Positions 30,252 to 40,525 of a DNA stretch of 64,000 nt are shown here, piece after piece. Position 1 is the stretch's first letter. Every line of letters starts with the position of its first letter. The position numbers were made by a program, and so were the translations under genes. This DNA is from Escherichia phage Bp7, in sequence record NC_019500.1. One strand, given 5' to 3'. The notes below the pieces were generated by a model, which made no database searches, was not told where the DNA came from, and worked only from the letters and a program-made list of their open reading frames with translations.

Positions 30252-32507
30252 ATGCAAGTACAAAAAAGTAGTGGTGTATCCCAAGATTTTGACGCACAAA
30301 AAATTATTAAAGTTCTGACTTGGGGCTGTGAAGGAACCCAAATCGACCCCTATGAATTATACGAAGAAATCAAATCCCATCTTCGTGACGGTATGACTAC
30401 CAAAGATATCCAAAATCTGACTGTTAAGGTAGCAGCCAACCTTATCTCGGTTGAAGAGCCTGATTACCAATATGTTGCTGCAAAAGAATTGATGTTTGCA
30501 CTGCGTAAAGAAGTTTATGGGCAGTTCGAACCACGTAGCTTTATCGACCATATTTCCTATTGTGTTAACGAAGGTAAATATGACCCTGAATTGTTGTCTC
30601 GATATTCTGCAGAAGAAATTACTTTCTTAGAATCTCATATAAAGCATGAACGCGATTTCGAATTGACTTATGCTGGTGCGATGCAGCTTAAAGAGAAATA
30701 TCTGGTTAAAGATAAAACAACCGGTAAAATCTACGAAACCCCTCAGTTCGCTATCATGTGTATTGGTATGGCCTTACACCAAGACGAGCCAGGTAATCGT
30801 TTAGCACATATTATTCGTTTTTATGATGCTGTAAGTACCCGTCAGGTTTCATTACCAACTCCTATTATGGCTGGAGCACGTACACCAACCCGTCAATTTA
30901 GTTCTTGTGTGGTTATTGAAGCAGGCGACTCACTGAAATCTATTAACAAAACTGCTAACTCAATAATTGAATACATTTCTAAACGTGCCGGTATTGGTAT
31001 CAACGTTGGTATGATTCGTGCTGAAGGTTCTCGTATTGGCATGGGCGAAGTCAAGCATACCGGTGTTATTCCATTCTGGAAACATTTCCAGACTGCTGTT
31101 AAATCATGTTCACAAGGTGGAATCCGTGGCGGCGCTGCTACTGCTTATTATCCTATTTGGCATTTGGAAGTTGAAAATCTGCTCGTTCTGAAAAACAACA
31201 AAGGTGTCGATGAGAACCGTATTCGCCATATGGACTACGGAATCCAGATGAACGACCTTATGATGGAACGTTTCGGTAAAAATGATTACATCACGTTGTT
31301 TAGTCCTCATGAAATGGGTGGTGAGCTTTACTATTCTTATTTCGAAGACCAAGACCGTTTCCGTGAATTGTATGAAGCCGCAGAAAAAGACCCTAGTATT
31401 CGTAAGAAACGTATTAAGGCACGCGACCTTTTCGAATTGTTCATGACTGAACGTTCAGGCACTGCACGAATTTATCCTCAGTTCGTTGATAACACTAACA
31501 ACTTCACACCATTTATTCGTGAAAAAGCTCCTATTCGTCAGAGCAACTTGTGTTGTGAAATTGCTATCCCGACTACTGACGTGAATAGTCCTGACGCTGA
31601 AATTGGTTTGTGTACGTTGTCTGCATTCGTATTGGATAACTTCGATTGGCAGGACCAAGACAAAATCAACGAGCTGGCTGAAGTACAAGTACGTGCACTT
31701 GATAACCTGTTGGACTATCAAGATTATCCTGTTCCTGAAGCTCTGAAGGCTAAGAAACGTCGTAACCTGGGTGTTGGTGTTACGAACTACGCCGCTTGGT
31801 TAGCAAGCAACTTTGCTTCTTATGAAGACGCTAACGATTTAACTCATGAATTGTTTGAGAGATTACAATATGGACTTATCCGAGCATCCATCAAGCTGGC
31901 CGAAGAAAAAGGACATTGCGAGTATTATTCAGACACTAAATGGTCTCGAGGCGAATTACCTATCGACTGGTACAATAAAAAGATTGACCAAATCGCAGCC
32001 CCTAACTATGTTTGTGACTGGACGTCGTTGCGGGAAGACTTGGCTAAACATGGCATCCGTAATAGCACATTATCAGCACTTATGCCGTGTGAATCAAGCA
32101 GCCAGGTTTCCAACTCTACAAACGGTATCGAACCTCCACGTGGTCCGGTAAGTATTAAAGAATCTAAAGAAGGTAACTTCCGTCAGGTAGTTCCTAATGT
32201 AGAACATAACCAAGGACTCTACGATTACGCTTGGAGCCTCGCTAAGAAAGGTAATAAACCTTATCTTACCCAAGTGGCAATAGCGTTGAAATGGGTGTGT
32301 CAATCGGCATCAGCTAATACATATTATGACCCACAGATTTTTCCAAAAGGAAAAGTTCCGATGTCGGTAATGCTTGATGACCTGCTGTATTTCTGGTACT
32401 ACGGTGGTAAGAACCTTTACTATCATAATACCCGTGATGGCTCTGGTACTGATGACTATGAAATCGAAACTCCTAAAGCCGATGATTGTGCAGCTTGTAA
32501 GCTTTAA
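30252..32507 (+). CDS. nrdA: ribonucleotide reductase large subunit
   Basis: 751 aa; N-terminal ATP-cone, class Ia catalytic motifs (NLCCEI, C-terminal Cys pair CAACKL). Confidence 0.9.
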   Translation: MQVQKSSGVSQDFDAQKIIKVLTWGCEGTQIDPYELYEEIKSHLRDGMTTKDIQNLTVKVAANLISVEEPDYQYVAAKELMFALRKEVYGQFEPRSFIDHISYCVNEGKYDPELLSRYSAEEITFLESHIKHERDFELTYAGAMQLKEKYLVKDKTTGKIYETPQFAIMCIGMALHQDEPGNRLAHIIRFYDAVSTRQVSLPTPIMAGARTPTRQFSSCVVIEAGDSLKSINKTANSIIEYISKRAGIGINVGMIRAEGSRIGMGEVKHTGVIPFWKHFQTAVKSCSQGGIRGGAATAYYPIWHLEVENLLVLKNNKGVDENRIRHMDYGIQMNDLMMERFGKNDYITLFSPHEMGGELYYSYFEDQDRFRELYEAAEKDPSIRKKRIKARDLFELFMTERSGTARIYPQFVDNTNNFTPFIREKAPIRQSNLCCEIAIPTTDVNSPDAEIGLCTLSAFVLDNFDWQDQDKINELAEVQVRALDNLLDYQDYPVPEALKAKKRRNLGVGVTNYAAWLASNFASYEDANDLTHELFERLQYGLIRASIKLAEEKGHCEYYSDTKWSRGELPIDWYNKKIDQIAAPNYVCDWTSLREDLAKHGIRNSTLSALMPCESSSQVSNSTNGIEPPRGPVSIKESKEGNFRQVVPNVEHNQGLYDYAWSLAKKGNKPYLTQVAIALKWVCQSASANTYYDPQIFPKGKVPMSVMLDDLLYFWYYGGKNLYYHNTRDGSGTDDYEIETPKADDCAACKL

Positions 32508-32561
32508 TAAAATCCGATTATAATTGACTCACGGATGAGTCACTAACAAAATGAGAATAAT

Positions 32562-33236
32562 ATGTCTACAGTTTTTAATACTACCCCAGTTGATGTTTTA
32601 GTCGAGCCGATGTTCTTTGGTTCAGGATTAGGTATCGCCCGTTATGATATCCAACGTCATAAAGTGTTCGAAGAGCTTTGTGAAAAGCAACTATCATTTT
32701 TCTGGCGTCCAGAGGAAGTTAACTTGATGATGGACTCTGCGCAGTTAATAAGCTTCCAGAGTTCCAACAAAATATATTTACCAATAACTTGAAATATCAG
32801 TCGCTTTTGGACAGTATTCAGGGCCGGGCTCCTTCTGCTGCACTCCAAGCCTTGATTTCTGACCCTAGCCTTGATACATGGGTGGCAACATGGACCTTTA
32901 GTGAAACTATTCACTCGCGTTCGTATACCCATATCATGCGTAACCTCTATACAGACCCATCTAAGGTATTTGATGAAATTCTGTTAGATGACGCTATCAT
33001 GAAGCGCGCTGAATCCATTGGTCGTTATTATGATGACGTTATTGAGAAAACTAGATATTGGCAGAATGCTAAAGCTGATATTGAGTACCAAAAAGAAATT
33101 AACGCAGACGAAGATGATATTGAAGATGCCATAGAGCATGAGATGTATTGGAAACGTGAACTGATGCGTTCTCTTTATCTCTGTTTGCATGTTATCAATG
33201 CCTTAGAAGCTATTCGTTTTTATGTATCTTTTGCGT
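32562..33236 (+). CDS. nrdB: ribonucleotide reductase small subunit, exon 1; apparent 1-nt frameshift near 32723-32750 (ORFs 32562..32792 and 32789..33238)
   Basis: N-terminus ...FFWRPEEV in one frame; downstream NrdB motifs [35 protein letters not shown] in the -1 frame; exon ends with U at 33236. Confidence 0.8.
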
Positions 33237-33320
33237 AAAATGCGCCTTTAAACGGTAACGTTTATCGAAAACTCCTTTAATTGCTGGAAAGTCCTTTATA
33301 GGAAAACTAGCAGCCAAGGT

Positions 33321-33354
33321 TTTGCTTGCACCTTTAATTAGTATAATATAAATA
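33321..33354 (+). promoter_or_regulatory. candidate middle (MotA-box-like + TATAAT) and late (TATAAATA) promoters upstream of the intron endonuclease ORF
   Basis: tttgcttgca 33321-33330, TATAAT 33342-33347, TATAAATA 33347-33354, SD aagagga 33367-33373. Confidence 0.35.
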
Positions 33355-33381
33355 TGATTATACTTTTAAGAGGATGCACAA

Positions 33382-34188
33382 TTGAACTATAGAAAAATTT
33401 GGATAGATGCTAACGGACCTATACCTAAAGATTCTGATGGAAGAACATACGAAATCCATCATAAAGACGGTAACCGTGAAAATAATGATTTAGATAATTT
33501 GATGTGCCTTTCTATACAGGAACATTATGATATACATTTAGCTCAAAAAGATTACCAGGCTTGTCATGCTATAAAGCTTAGAATGAAATATTCTCCTGAA
33601 GAAATTTCTGAATTAGCTTCTAAAGCCGCAAAATCTAGAGAAATCCAGATTTTTAATATCCCTGAAGTACGAGCTAAAAATATTGCCTCTATTAAATCTA
33701 AGATAGAAAATGGTACATTTCATCTTTTAGACGGTGAAATACAGCGTAAATCTAATTTAAATAGAGTTGCATTAGGTATACATAATTTCTCTAGAGGAGC
33801 CCATGCAAAAGTTAAAGAACGCAATATTGCAGCTATAAAAGAAGGTACTCATGTATTTTGCGGTGGTAAAATGCAGTCAGAAACTCAATCAAAACGGGTA
33901 AATGACGGTTCACATCATTTCTTGTCAGAAGACCATAAGAAAAGAACATCAGCAAAAACATTAGAAATGGTTAAGAACGGGACCCATCCTGCACAAAAAG
34001 AAATCACATGTGATTTCTGCGGTCACATTGGTAAAGGTCCTGGATTTTATCTAAAACATAATGACAGATGTAAATTAAATCCAAATAGAATTCAATTGAA
34101 TTGTCCATATTGTGATAAGAAAGATTTATCACCATCAACATATAAACGATGGCACGGCGACAATTGCAAAGCAAGGTTCAACGACTAG
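33382..34188 (+). CDS. HNH-family homing endonuclease (I-TevIII-like), intron-encoded; apparent TTG start
   Basis: 268 aa; N-terminal HNH motif EIHHKDGNRENNDLDNLMCLS..EH and C-terminal Cys/His-rich region (CDFCGH, CPYCDK); lies in the nrdB intron as I-TevIII does. Confidence 0.8.
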   Translation: MNYRKIWIDANGPIPKDSDGRTYEIHHKDGNRENNDLDNLMCLSIQEHYDIHLAQKDYQACHAIKLRMKYSPEEISELASKAAKSREIQIFNIPEVRAKNIASIKSKIENGTFHLLDGEIQRKSNLNRVALGIHNFSRGAHAKVKERNIAAIKEGTHVFCGGKMQSETQSKRVNDGSHHFLSEDHKKRTSAKTLEMVKNGTHPAQKEITCDFCGHIGKGPGFYLKHNDRCKLNPNRIQLNCPYCDKKDLSPSTYKRWHGDNCKARFND

Positions 34189-34324
34189 TCTTCGGACGTA
34201 GGGTCAAGCGACTCGAAATGGGGAGAATCCCTCTGGGATTGTGATATAGTCTGGTCTGCATAGTAATATGTAGCAGTTCATAAGAGAACGGGTTGAGAAT
34301 TAGCGAGCTCAATCGAACATAACG

Positions 34325-34827
34325 GTACCTTTAACTTCCATAAGAACATGGAAATCATGGAAGGTAATGCTAAGATTATGAAGTTCATTGCACGTGATGA
34401 ACAGCTCCACCTTAAAGGCACCCAGTACATTATTCGTCAGCTCCAACTTGGTACTGATGGCGACGAATGGGTTAAAATTGCTCAAGAGTGCGAACAAGAA
34501 GCAGTTGATATTTTCATGGAAGTTAACCGTCAAGAAAAAGAATGGGCCGCTCACCTGTTCAAAGATGGTACTTGCCCTGGATTAAATACTCAGAACATGG
34601 GTGCTTTTGTCGATTACCTGACAGTTTCTCGTATGAAGCAATGTGGCTTACCGTGTCCTATTACTGATGCTCCTACTCGCCATCCTTATCCTTGGATTCG
34701 CGAATACCTGAACTCTGATGCTGTACAGGCTGCTCCTCAGGAAGTGGAAATCAGTTCTTACCTTGTAGCACAAATTGATAACGATGTTGATGAAAAAGTA
34801 ATGGCATCGTACAAGAAATATTTTTAA
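34325..34827 (+). CDS. nrdB: ribonucleotide reductase small subunit, exon 2
   Basis: ELMEGNAKI...ARDE.LHL.GTQ...C-terminal APQEVE.SSYLV.QID; in frame after splicing. Confidence 0.8.
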
Positions 34828-34830
34828 GGA

Positions 34831-35268
34831 ATGGGGCTTCGGCCCCTTATTGCTATGAAAGAAATCGCAGACGAATTTAGCTTTATCAAGTACGTCACCC
34901 TAGAACTCCAAGATGACGCCACCATAGCTCCACTCACAGTACCAAATAAACAAAATGTCATATATGCTATAGCGGTTGATGATATACTAGTCTACGTTGG
35001 GAAGACTAAAAATCTTCGTAAGCGCATCAACTACTACCGAACCGCTATTAATCGTAAGGACCAAACGTCGGATTCGACTAAGTCCATTCTGATTCATGAA
35101 GCATTAATGGCTGGTAAAAAGGTAGAGTTCTATGCACGGCAGTGCTTTAATCTGTCGATGACTAACGAACTTGGAACTATGTCAGTTGAGACCATGTCTC
35201 TTGAAGAGCCAATGTTCATAAAGAAATTTAATCCACCTTGGAATACCCAACACCGATTAAAAGGATAA
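34831..35268 (+). CDS. denA: endonuclease II (GIY-YIG family); start 34831 or ATG 34855
   Basis: 145-aa ORF with GIY-YIG-like core VIYAIAVDDILVYVGKT...RKRINYY; position between nrdB and rnlA. Confidence 0.7.
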   Translation: MGLRPLIAMKEIADEFSFIKYVTLELQDDATIAPLTVPNKQNVIYAIAVDDILVYVGKTKNLRKRINYYRTAINRKDQTSDSTKSILIHEALMAGKKVEFYARQCFNLSMTNELGTMSVETMSLEEPMFIKKFNPPWNTQHRLKG

Positions 35269-35272
35269 AGCA

Positions 35273-36421
35273 ATGATTGAATTATATGATAACTTGATGG
35301 CCCTGGTTAAAAACTCGACTAAATCTAAGTTCTTCTTTAAAGACTTTCAGAGTGCGCTAGGAGTCAACTATCGCATCTTTAGTTATAACTATGCCTCGTA
35401 CAGTGATTGGTTGGAAGACGGCGCGCTAGAGGGCCGAGGCATTATGTTTGAAATGGACGAGAACGGTCCAGTACGTATTGCTGCTCGTCCTATGCAAAAG
35501 TTCTTTAACCTTGACGAAAACCCTCTGACCATCGGTCTAGATTTGTCACCAGAAAATATTGACCTCGTAATGGCTAAGGAAGATGGTTCTCTGATTTCTA
35601 CATTCATGGACCGACAGTATCTTTCTGTTAAATCTAAAGGCTCTATCCATTCATCAATGGTGCATGATTCTTTACGGTTCCTTCGTCTCCCTGAGAACGA
35701 GGCTTTTGCCGCACGTCTAGAAGAAATCACCAAAGCTGGGTATACCTGCAACCTTGAATATGTAGCACCTACCAACCGTATCGTTCTGGCTTACCAAGAA
35801 ACAAACCTCATCCTGTTGAACGTTCGTAATAATGAAACAGGTGAATATATTCCGTATGCTGAATTGTTTAAAGATGGTGCCCTGCGTAAGCATTTGGTTG
35901 AAAGCTATGACCTCGCTGAAGGTGATTTCGTAGAAAACATCCGTAAACAAGAAGGTATTGAAGGTTTCATCTTTGTACTGAAAGATGGTACGTTCTTTAA
36001 ACTCAAAACCGCCTGGTACAGTGCACTGCACCATACCAAAGATTCCATTAACAATAACGAACGTTTGTTTGAAGTTGTAGTGGCTGGTGGAACTGATGAC
36101 CTTCGTGGATTGTTCAGTACAGATTCGTTTGCTATCGAGAAAATCGATGCCTTTGAACGTATCCATTTAGATTACTTAGAACAATCATTAGCCTTGTTAG
36201 AAGCAGCGTACTCCCAACTTAAGGGTCGCGACCGTAAGGACTACGCCGTTACTGGTCAACTAATCCTTAAGGACTTTCCAGGGTTGTTCTCTATTCTTAT
36301 GCAGGCGTACGTAGGCGGCATTAATTATGATACGGTCATGGACCAGATTAACTCTGTGTTCTTGAAAAACCATAAAGCCCAAATCCCTGAAAAATATTTG
36401 AAAGAAATTGTGGTAGAGTAG
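35273..36421 (+). CDS. rnlA: RNA ligase 1
   Basis: 382 aa; YRIFSYNYASYSDW, GIMFEMD, RPM.KFFNL.ENP, FVAPTNRIVLAYQE, LLNVRNNETGEYI match T4 Rnl1 (gp63). Confidence 0.9.
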   Translation: MIELYDNLMALVKNSTKSKFFFKDFQSALGVNYRIFSYNYASYSDWLEDGALEGRGIMFEMDENGPVRIAARPMQKFFNLDENPLTIGLDLSPENIDLVMAKEDGSLISTFMDRQYLSVKSKGSIHSSMVHDSLRFLRLPENEAFAARLEEITKAGYTCNLEYVAPTNRIVLAYQETNLILLNVRNNETGEYIPYAELFKDGALRKHLVESYDLAEGDFVENIRKQEGIEGFIFVLKDGTFFKLKTAWYSALHHTKDSINNNERLFEVVVAGGTDDLRGLFSTDSFAIEKIDAFERIHLDYLEQSLALLEAAYSQLKGRDRKDYAVTGQLILKDFPGLFSILMQAYVGGINYDTVMDQINSVFLKNHKAQIPEKYLKEIVVE

Positions 36422-36473
36422 TTTACATCTCCTCATGATGTGTTAGTATAGACTTACCAACTAATGAGGAGAA
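36421..36473 (+). promoter_or_regulatory. PeSL-like early promoter with 9-bp inverted repeat tctcctcat/atgaggaga that includes the alc SD
   Basis: GTTTAC 36421-36426, TAGTAT 36444-36449; arms 36428-36436 and 36465-36473. Confidence 0.55.
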
Positions 36474-36479
36474 AACAAA

Positions 36480-36980
36480 ATGAATATGCAAATGATTACT
36501 AACGAAATGGTTGTTAAGGCTTTTGGTGACTCTACCGACGGTATCCAAGTTTTTAAAGGTTCTCGTGCAGTAGGTTACCTGACCGATCTTCGTGTTACTT
36601 TAGCTAAAAATGCTAAAAAGAAAATCAAGCAAAAAGAATACTCTACCCGTTACGCTGAAGAAAAGCGTGAAGCCATGCCCGAAGCTGTTAACTCTATGGT
36701 TGAGTTTCTCCGAAACAACCTTTCCAAGTATGATGCTGAGGTGTTCATTAATATTAGCCAACCTAATGTTAAAATCTCAGGCATCACTTTCTATTTGATT
36801 TGTGACCCATTAAGCGACAAGTTTAATCGCCTTGGCATTTCAAGTCCTTACCATACCGCTGAAGAATTGTGTTTTATGTTCGAAACGTACAAAATTCAGT
36901 GCGAAAATCCTAAAACGGTTCTTATTAATTCCCTGTCACGTGATGACATCATCGAGATTATTACCAAATGTCTAAATTAA
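36480..36980 (+). CDS. alc: probable Alc (transcription-unfolding protein); assignment by synteny and size only
   Basis: 166 aa (T4 Alc 167 aa) between rnlA and the spanin pair. Confidence 0.45.
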   Translation: MNMQMITNEMVVKAFGDSTDGIQVFKGSRAVGYLTDLRVTLAKNAKKKIKQKEYSTRYAEEKREAMPEAVNSMVEFLRNNLSKYDAEVFINISQPNVKISGITFYLICDPLSDKFNRLGISSPYHTAEELCFMFETYKIQCENPKTVLINSLSRDDIIEIITKCLN

Positions 36981-37321
36981 GTATTTACCTTTTAGCTGGA
37001 GCCATTGCAGTAGGTGCTTACGGTTTTATTTCGTATCAATCAAGTCGTATTGATACCCTTACCGAAGAACTGAAAACAACCCAGCAAACAGCTAAACAGA
37101 ACGCTGAAGCTGTAGAGGACCTTCGCGGTCAATACTCTGATATCGAATTCCGTACTACTGAAATGAATGCCCGAATGGATAAAATTAAGGTAGAAAATGA
37201 AAAGCTCCGTAAAGATTCGAAGAAGGCGCACGTGGTGGCAAGTAAGCCAGGACTGGTCGAAAAACAAATCAACAAGTCCTTCGATTCCTTTACAGAAGAC
37301 TTCAGGAGCATTACAGAATGA
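36968..37321 (+). CDS. i-spanin (Rz-like; pseT.3 position)
   Basis: N-terminal TM (IYLLAGAIAVGAYGFI) followed by charged coiled-coil region. Confidence 0.6.
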   Translation: MSKLSIYLLAGAIAVGAYGFISYQSSRIDTLTEELKTTQQTAKQNAEAVEDLRGQYSDIEFRTTEMNARMDKIKVENEKLRKDSKKAHVVASKPGLVEKQINKSFDSFTEDFRSITE

Positions 37322-37608
37322 TTAAATTATCTGTGGTAGTATTATCTATTGGCTTGTTAGTTGGATGTGCCCAGGATATCCCTGTAGTGCCTAAGCAACA
37401 GCTGCATCCTTCATGGCCACAACCTATTGCCGAACATAATGTTAAATGGCAGGTTAAGGTAATCGATGGTAAAGCTTGGGTTGGAATGCCTTTCGAAGAC
37501 TCCCAAGAACATCGTATTTGGTTGAATGACGTAAAAAGATATGTACAAGACCAGAAATCTATGTTATGTTATTATCGTTCTGGACTAAAAGAGGAGAAGT
37601 GCAAATGA
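37318..37608 (+). CDS. o-spanin lipoprotein (Rz1-like; pseT.2 position)
   Basis: signal peptide with lipobox LLVGC, Pro-rich mature region; overlaps i-spanin stop. Confidence 0.6.
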   Translation: MIKLSVVVLSIGLLVGCAQDIPVVPKQQLHPSWPQPIAEHNVKWQVKVIDGKAWVGMPFEDSQEHRIWLNDVKRYVQDQKSMLCYYRSGLKEEKCK

Positions 37609-37712
37609 TTGAGTCTTGTATCGATGGGTCGGATATCATTCTATTTGGCTTTACATGCTTTTGTTTTGGAATCGTGCTTAGCATGTGTATGCATGGTCTT
37701 TTTGGAAAGTAG
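37605..37712 (+). CDS. small membrane peptide (35 aa)
   Basis: MIESCIDGSDIILFGFTCFCFGIVLSMCMHGLFGK; ATGA overlap with upstream gene. Confidence 0.3.
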   Translation: MIESCIDGSDIILFGFTCFCFGIVLSMCMHGLFGK

Positions 37713-37746
37713 TTTACAAACTCTTGGGAGCAGAGTATAATGCTCC
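37712..37746 (+). promoter_or_regulatory. T4-type early promoter with 6-bp inverted repeat ggagca/tgctcc around the -10
   Basis: GTTTAC 37712-37717, TATAAT 37736-37741. Confidence 0.55.
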
Positions 37747-37775
37747 TACGGATTATAAAAATTGAGGAAATTATT

Positions 37776-38075
37776 ATGAAAGAATTATTAGAGAATTACA
37801 TCAAGTGTTCAGACAATTACGTGGATTTATGTTATGGATTGAAAATATCTGAACATGATGAAGATGCGGCGCATCTGGCATTAGATACCGCAGGTAAAGC
37901 CTTGCGTAAAGCAGCTAAAGCCCAGGGCGTTGATATGGCTGAACTAAAGAAACATTTAATTATGTTTATCTCTGCTAACGTCTCTAGCCGGTCGGGTAAC
38001 AAAGCTGTCGCAAAATCAGGTGAAGAACGCACTGAACTACGCATTCAGCTCCTCAAAACCTCTGTTGGGAATTAA
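37776..38075 (+). CDS. hypothetical protein (99 aa; pseT.1 position)
   Basis: ATG 37776 after SD gaggaaa. Confidence 0.45.
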   Translation: MKELLENYIKCSDNYVDLCYGLKISEHDEDAAHLALDTAGKALRKAAKAQGVDMAELKKHLIMFISANVSSRSGNKAVAKSGEERTELRIQLLKTSVGN

Positions 38076-38983
<908 letters not shown>

Positions 38984-38984
<1 letters not shown>

Positions 38985-39181
38985 TGAATAATATCGAAAA
39001 GATTTTTCGTACAATCGAAGAAATTGAAAAACGTAAATGCTTTTTCTTCGGCGTATGGCCTTTAACTGATGGACGTATTGGCCTGGATGTGATGGACTAT
39101 AAAGATGAAGACAAGGTCGATGGTGGTATTTTTAAATCCGCTCCTGAACTCCTTGCCTTCTTGGAAGAACATTATGTATAA
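38984..39181 (+). CDS. hypothetical small protein
   Basis: 65-aa ORF; ATGA overlap with pseT. Confidence 0.4.
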
Positions 39182-39389
39182 CAAACACCATGAAGTTGAA
39201 GAAGAAGCTTATAAAGAGCTTCAGAAATTGGTAGGTCAGAATATGTCTCCTACCCTCATTAACTCACTAGCGGCCCTTCGTAATGACCTCAATGAACGTT
39301 ACAAAGGCGAGTACTATGTTGAGTTCGTTCCTCTGACTGAAGTCGTTGACCGGTTTATTGTTAACGTGAAGGTCCATACAGTACACTGA
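39174..39389 (+). CDS. hypothetical small protein (71 aa)
   Basis: ATG 39174 overlaps preceding stop (ATGTATAA). Confidence 0.4.
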   Translation: MYNKHHEVEEEAYKELQKLVGQNMSPTLINSLAALRNDLNERYKGEYYVEFVPLTEVVDRFIVNVKVHTVH

Positions 39390-39396
39390 GGTAATT

Positions 39397-39675
39397 ATGT
39401 TCCCTACTTATTCTGAAATTGTTAAAGTAGTTTTTAGTCAGATTGTATCTGATTATCTATACGAAACCGTCGACACGTCGACTGAACTAAAAGTGCACGG
39501 TCGTTTGTCTGCTATTCTGGAAATCATGTTCCCGGATGCAGTTGATGCAATCACTGTTCAACTCACGCCTGGTGCAGCATTTGCAATTGTTCCATTTAAA
39601 ATTGATAACCACATTTTGGCTATTTCATGCAAAATGGACTTCCAGAAACAAACGGTAGTTGTCGAAGCAATTTAA
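39397..39675 (+). CDS. hypothetical protein (92 aa)
   Basis: ORF with SD gaggtaatt upstream. Confidence 0.45.
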   Translation: MFPTYSEIVKVVFSQIVSDYLYETVDTSTELKVHGRLSAILEIMFPDAVDAITVQLTPGAAFAIVPFKIDNHILAISCKMDFQKQTVVVEAI

Positions 39676-39677
39676 GT

Positions 39678-39716
39678 GTTTACACTATGGTAGGACTGTG
39701 GTATAGTAGTCCTACC
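39678..39716 (+). promoter_or_regulatory. PeSL-like early promoter with 9-bp perfect inverted repeat ggtaggact/agtcctacc around the -10
   Basis: GTTTAC 39678-39683, TATAGT 39702-39707; arms 39689-39697 and 39708-39716. Confidence 0.55.
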
Positions 39717-39737
39717 GAAACAAATGAGGAAATCGAA

Positions 39738-40292
39738 ATGAGCCAGTTCTTTGAAGAGCGTAAGTTTTATAAGTTCGTTGGTGAATACACTAAAAACAAA
39801 TTCACTAATAACGGTGCTTATGGCCTCAATACAGCTTTTGCCAAGTATGTAGGTATGAACCCGTTTGAAGTTGAAATTGATTACCATAACGGGAAGCCAC
39901 GTGTAAGCCGAATTCGTGTATACGATGAGTTGATGTTTGTTGACCTGAGCAAAATCACAGGTAATCCCGATGATGCAACTAGTGTTCTTTTTAATTCAGT
40001 AGGCGCCTTTGCCCATGAATTCGAATACTTTATTGAAGTAGTACGTCCACTGGCTACTACGAGTATTGCTGTAAAGCCGGAACCTAAGCCAGTAAAAGCT
40101 ACAGCCGATTGGAAAGTGCTTATTGTTAAAAATGGTAAGATTGAAGTTCATTCTCGCCATAACACAAAGGAACAAGCCGATCGTCAGGCTGAAGAGCTTT
40201 TGACTAAGTCGTTCCAACAAGTGTGTTATATTGTTAAAGGCGACATTACCCAAGCTACCACTACCAAACAACTTAAGTTGGAGAGCATCTAA
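39738..40292 (+). CDS. hypothetical protein (184 aa)
   Basis: ATG 39738 after SD gagga; in frame with ORF 39627..40292. Confidence 0.5.
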   Translation: MSQFFEERKFYKFVGEYTKNKFTNNGAYGLNTAFAKYVGMNPFEVEIDYHNGKPRVSRIRVYDELMFVDLSKITGNPDDATSVLFNSVGAFAHEFEYFIEVVRPLATTSIAVKPEPKPVKATADWKVLIVKNGKIEVHSRHNTKEQADRQAEELLTKSFQQVCYIVKGDITQATTTKQLKLESI

Positions 40293-40525
40293 TGCTGAGC
40301 GAACAACCTATTACTGTAGAGCAGTTCCAAGTTAAAGTTAAAGAATTTGCTCAGGCCCTGATTAATAAGGTTTCTGTACGTTTTCCTGACGCAACTCTGC
40401 GAGTAATTCAGGAATCACCACGTGCGGTATTGGTTATCGTTAATCCTAAAAATGGCGGCCAGATTACCCAGTTGAAACTTGGTTCTGATGGTCTGGTCGA
40501 AGCGCAGCGAGTGTTCATAGAATGA
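40292..40525 (+). CDS. hypothetical small protein (77 aa)
   Basis: overlaps upstream stop and the cd start. Confidence 0.45.
   Translation: MLSEQPITVEQFQVKVKEFAQALINKVSVRFPDATLRVIQESPRAVLVIVNPKNGGQITQLKLGSDGLVEAQRVFIE

Larger units (their letters stand above)
33237..34324 (+). mobile_element. group I self-splicing intron in nrdB (1088 bp) carrying an HNH homing-endonuclease ORF
   Basis: interrupts NrdB between FYVSFA and (C)TFNFHKNMEIMEGN; exon 1 ends in U, intron ends in G (34324); splicing regenerates a Cys codon (t + gt); structured 3' region with UUCG hairpin (gtcttcggac). Confidence 0.75.
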
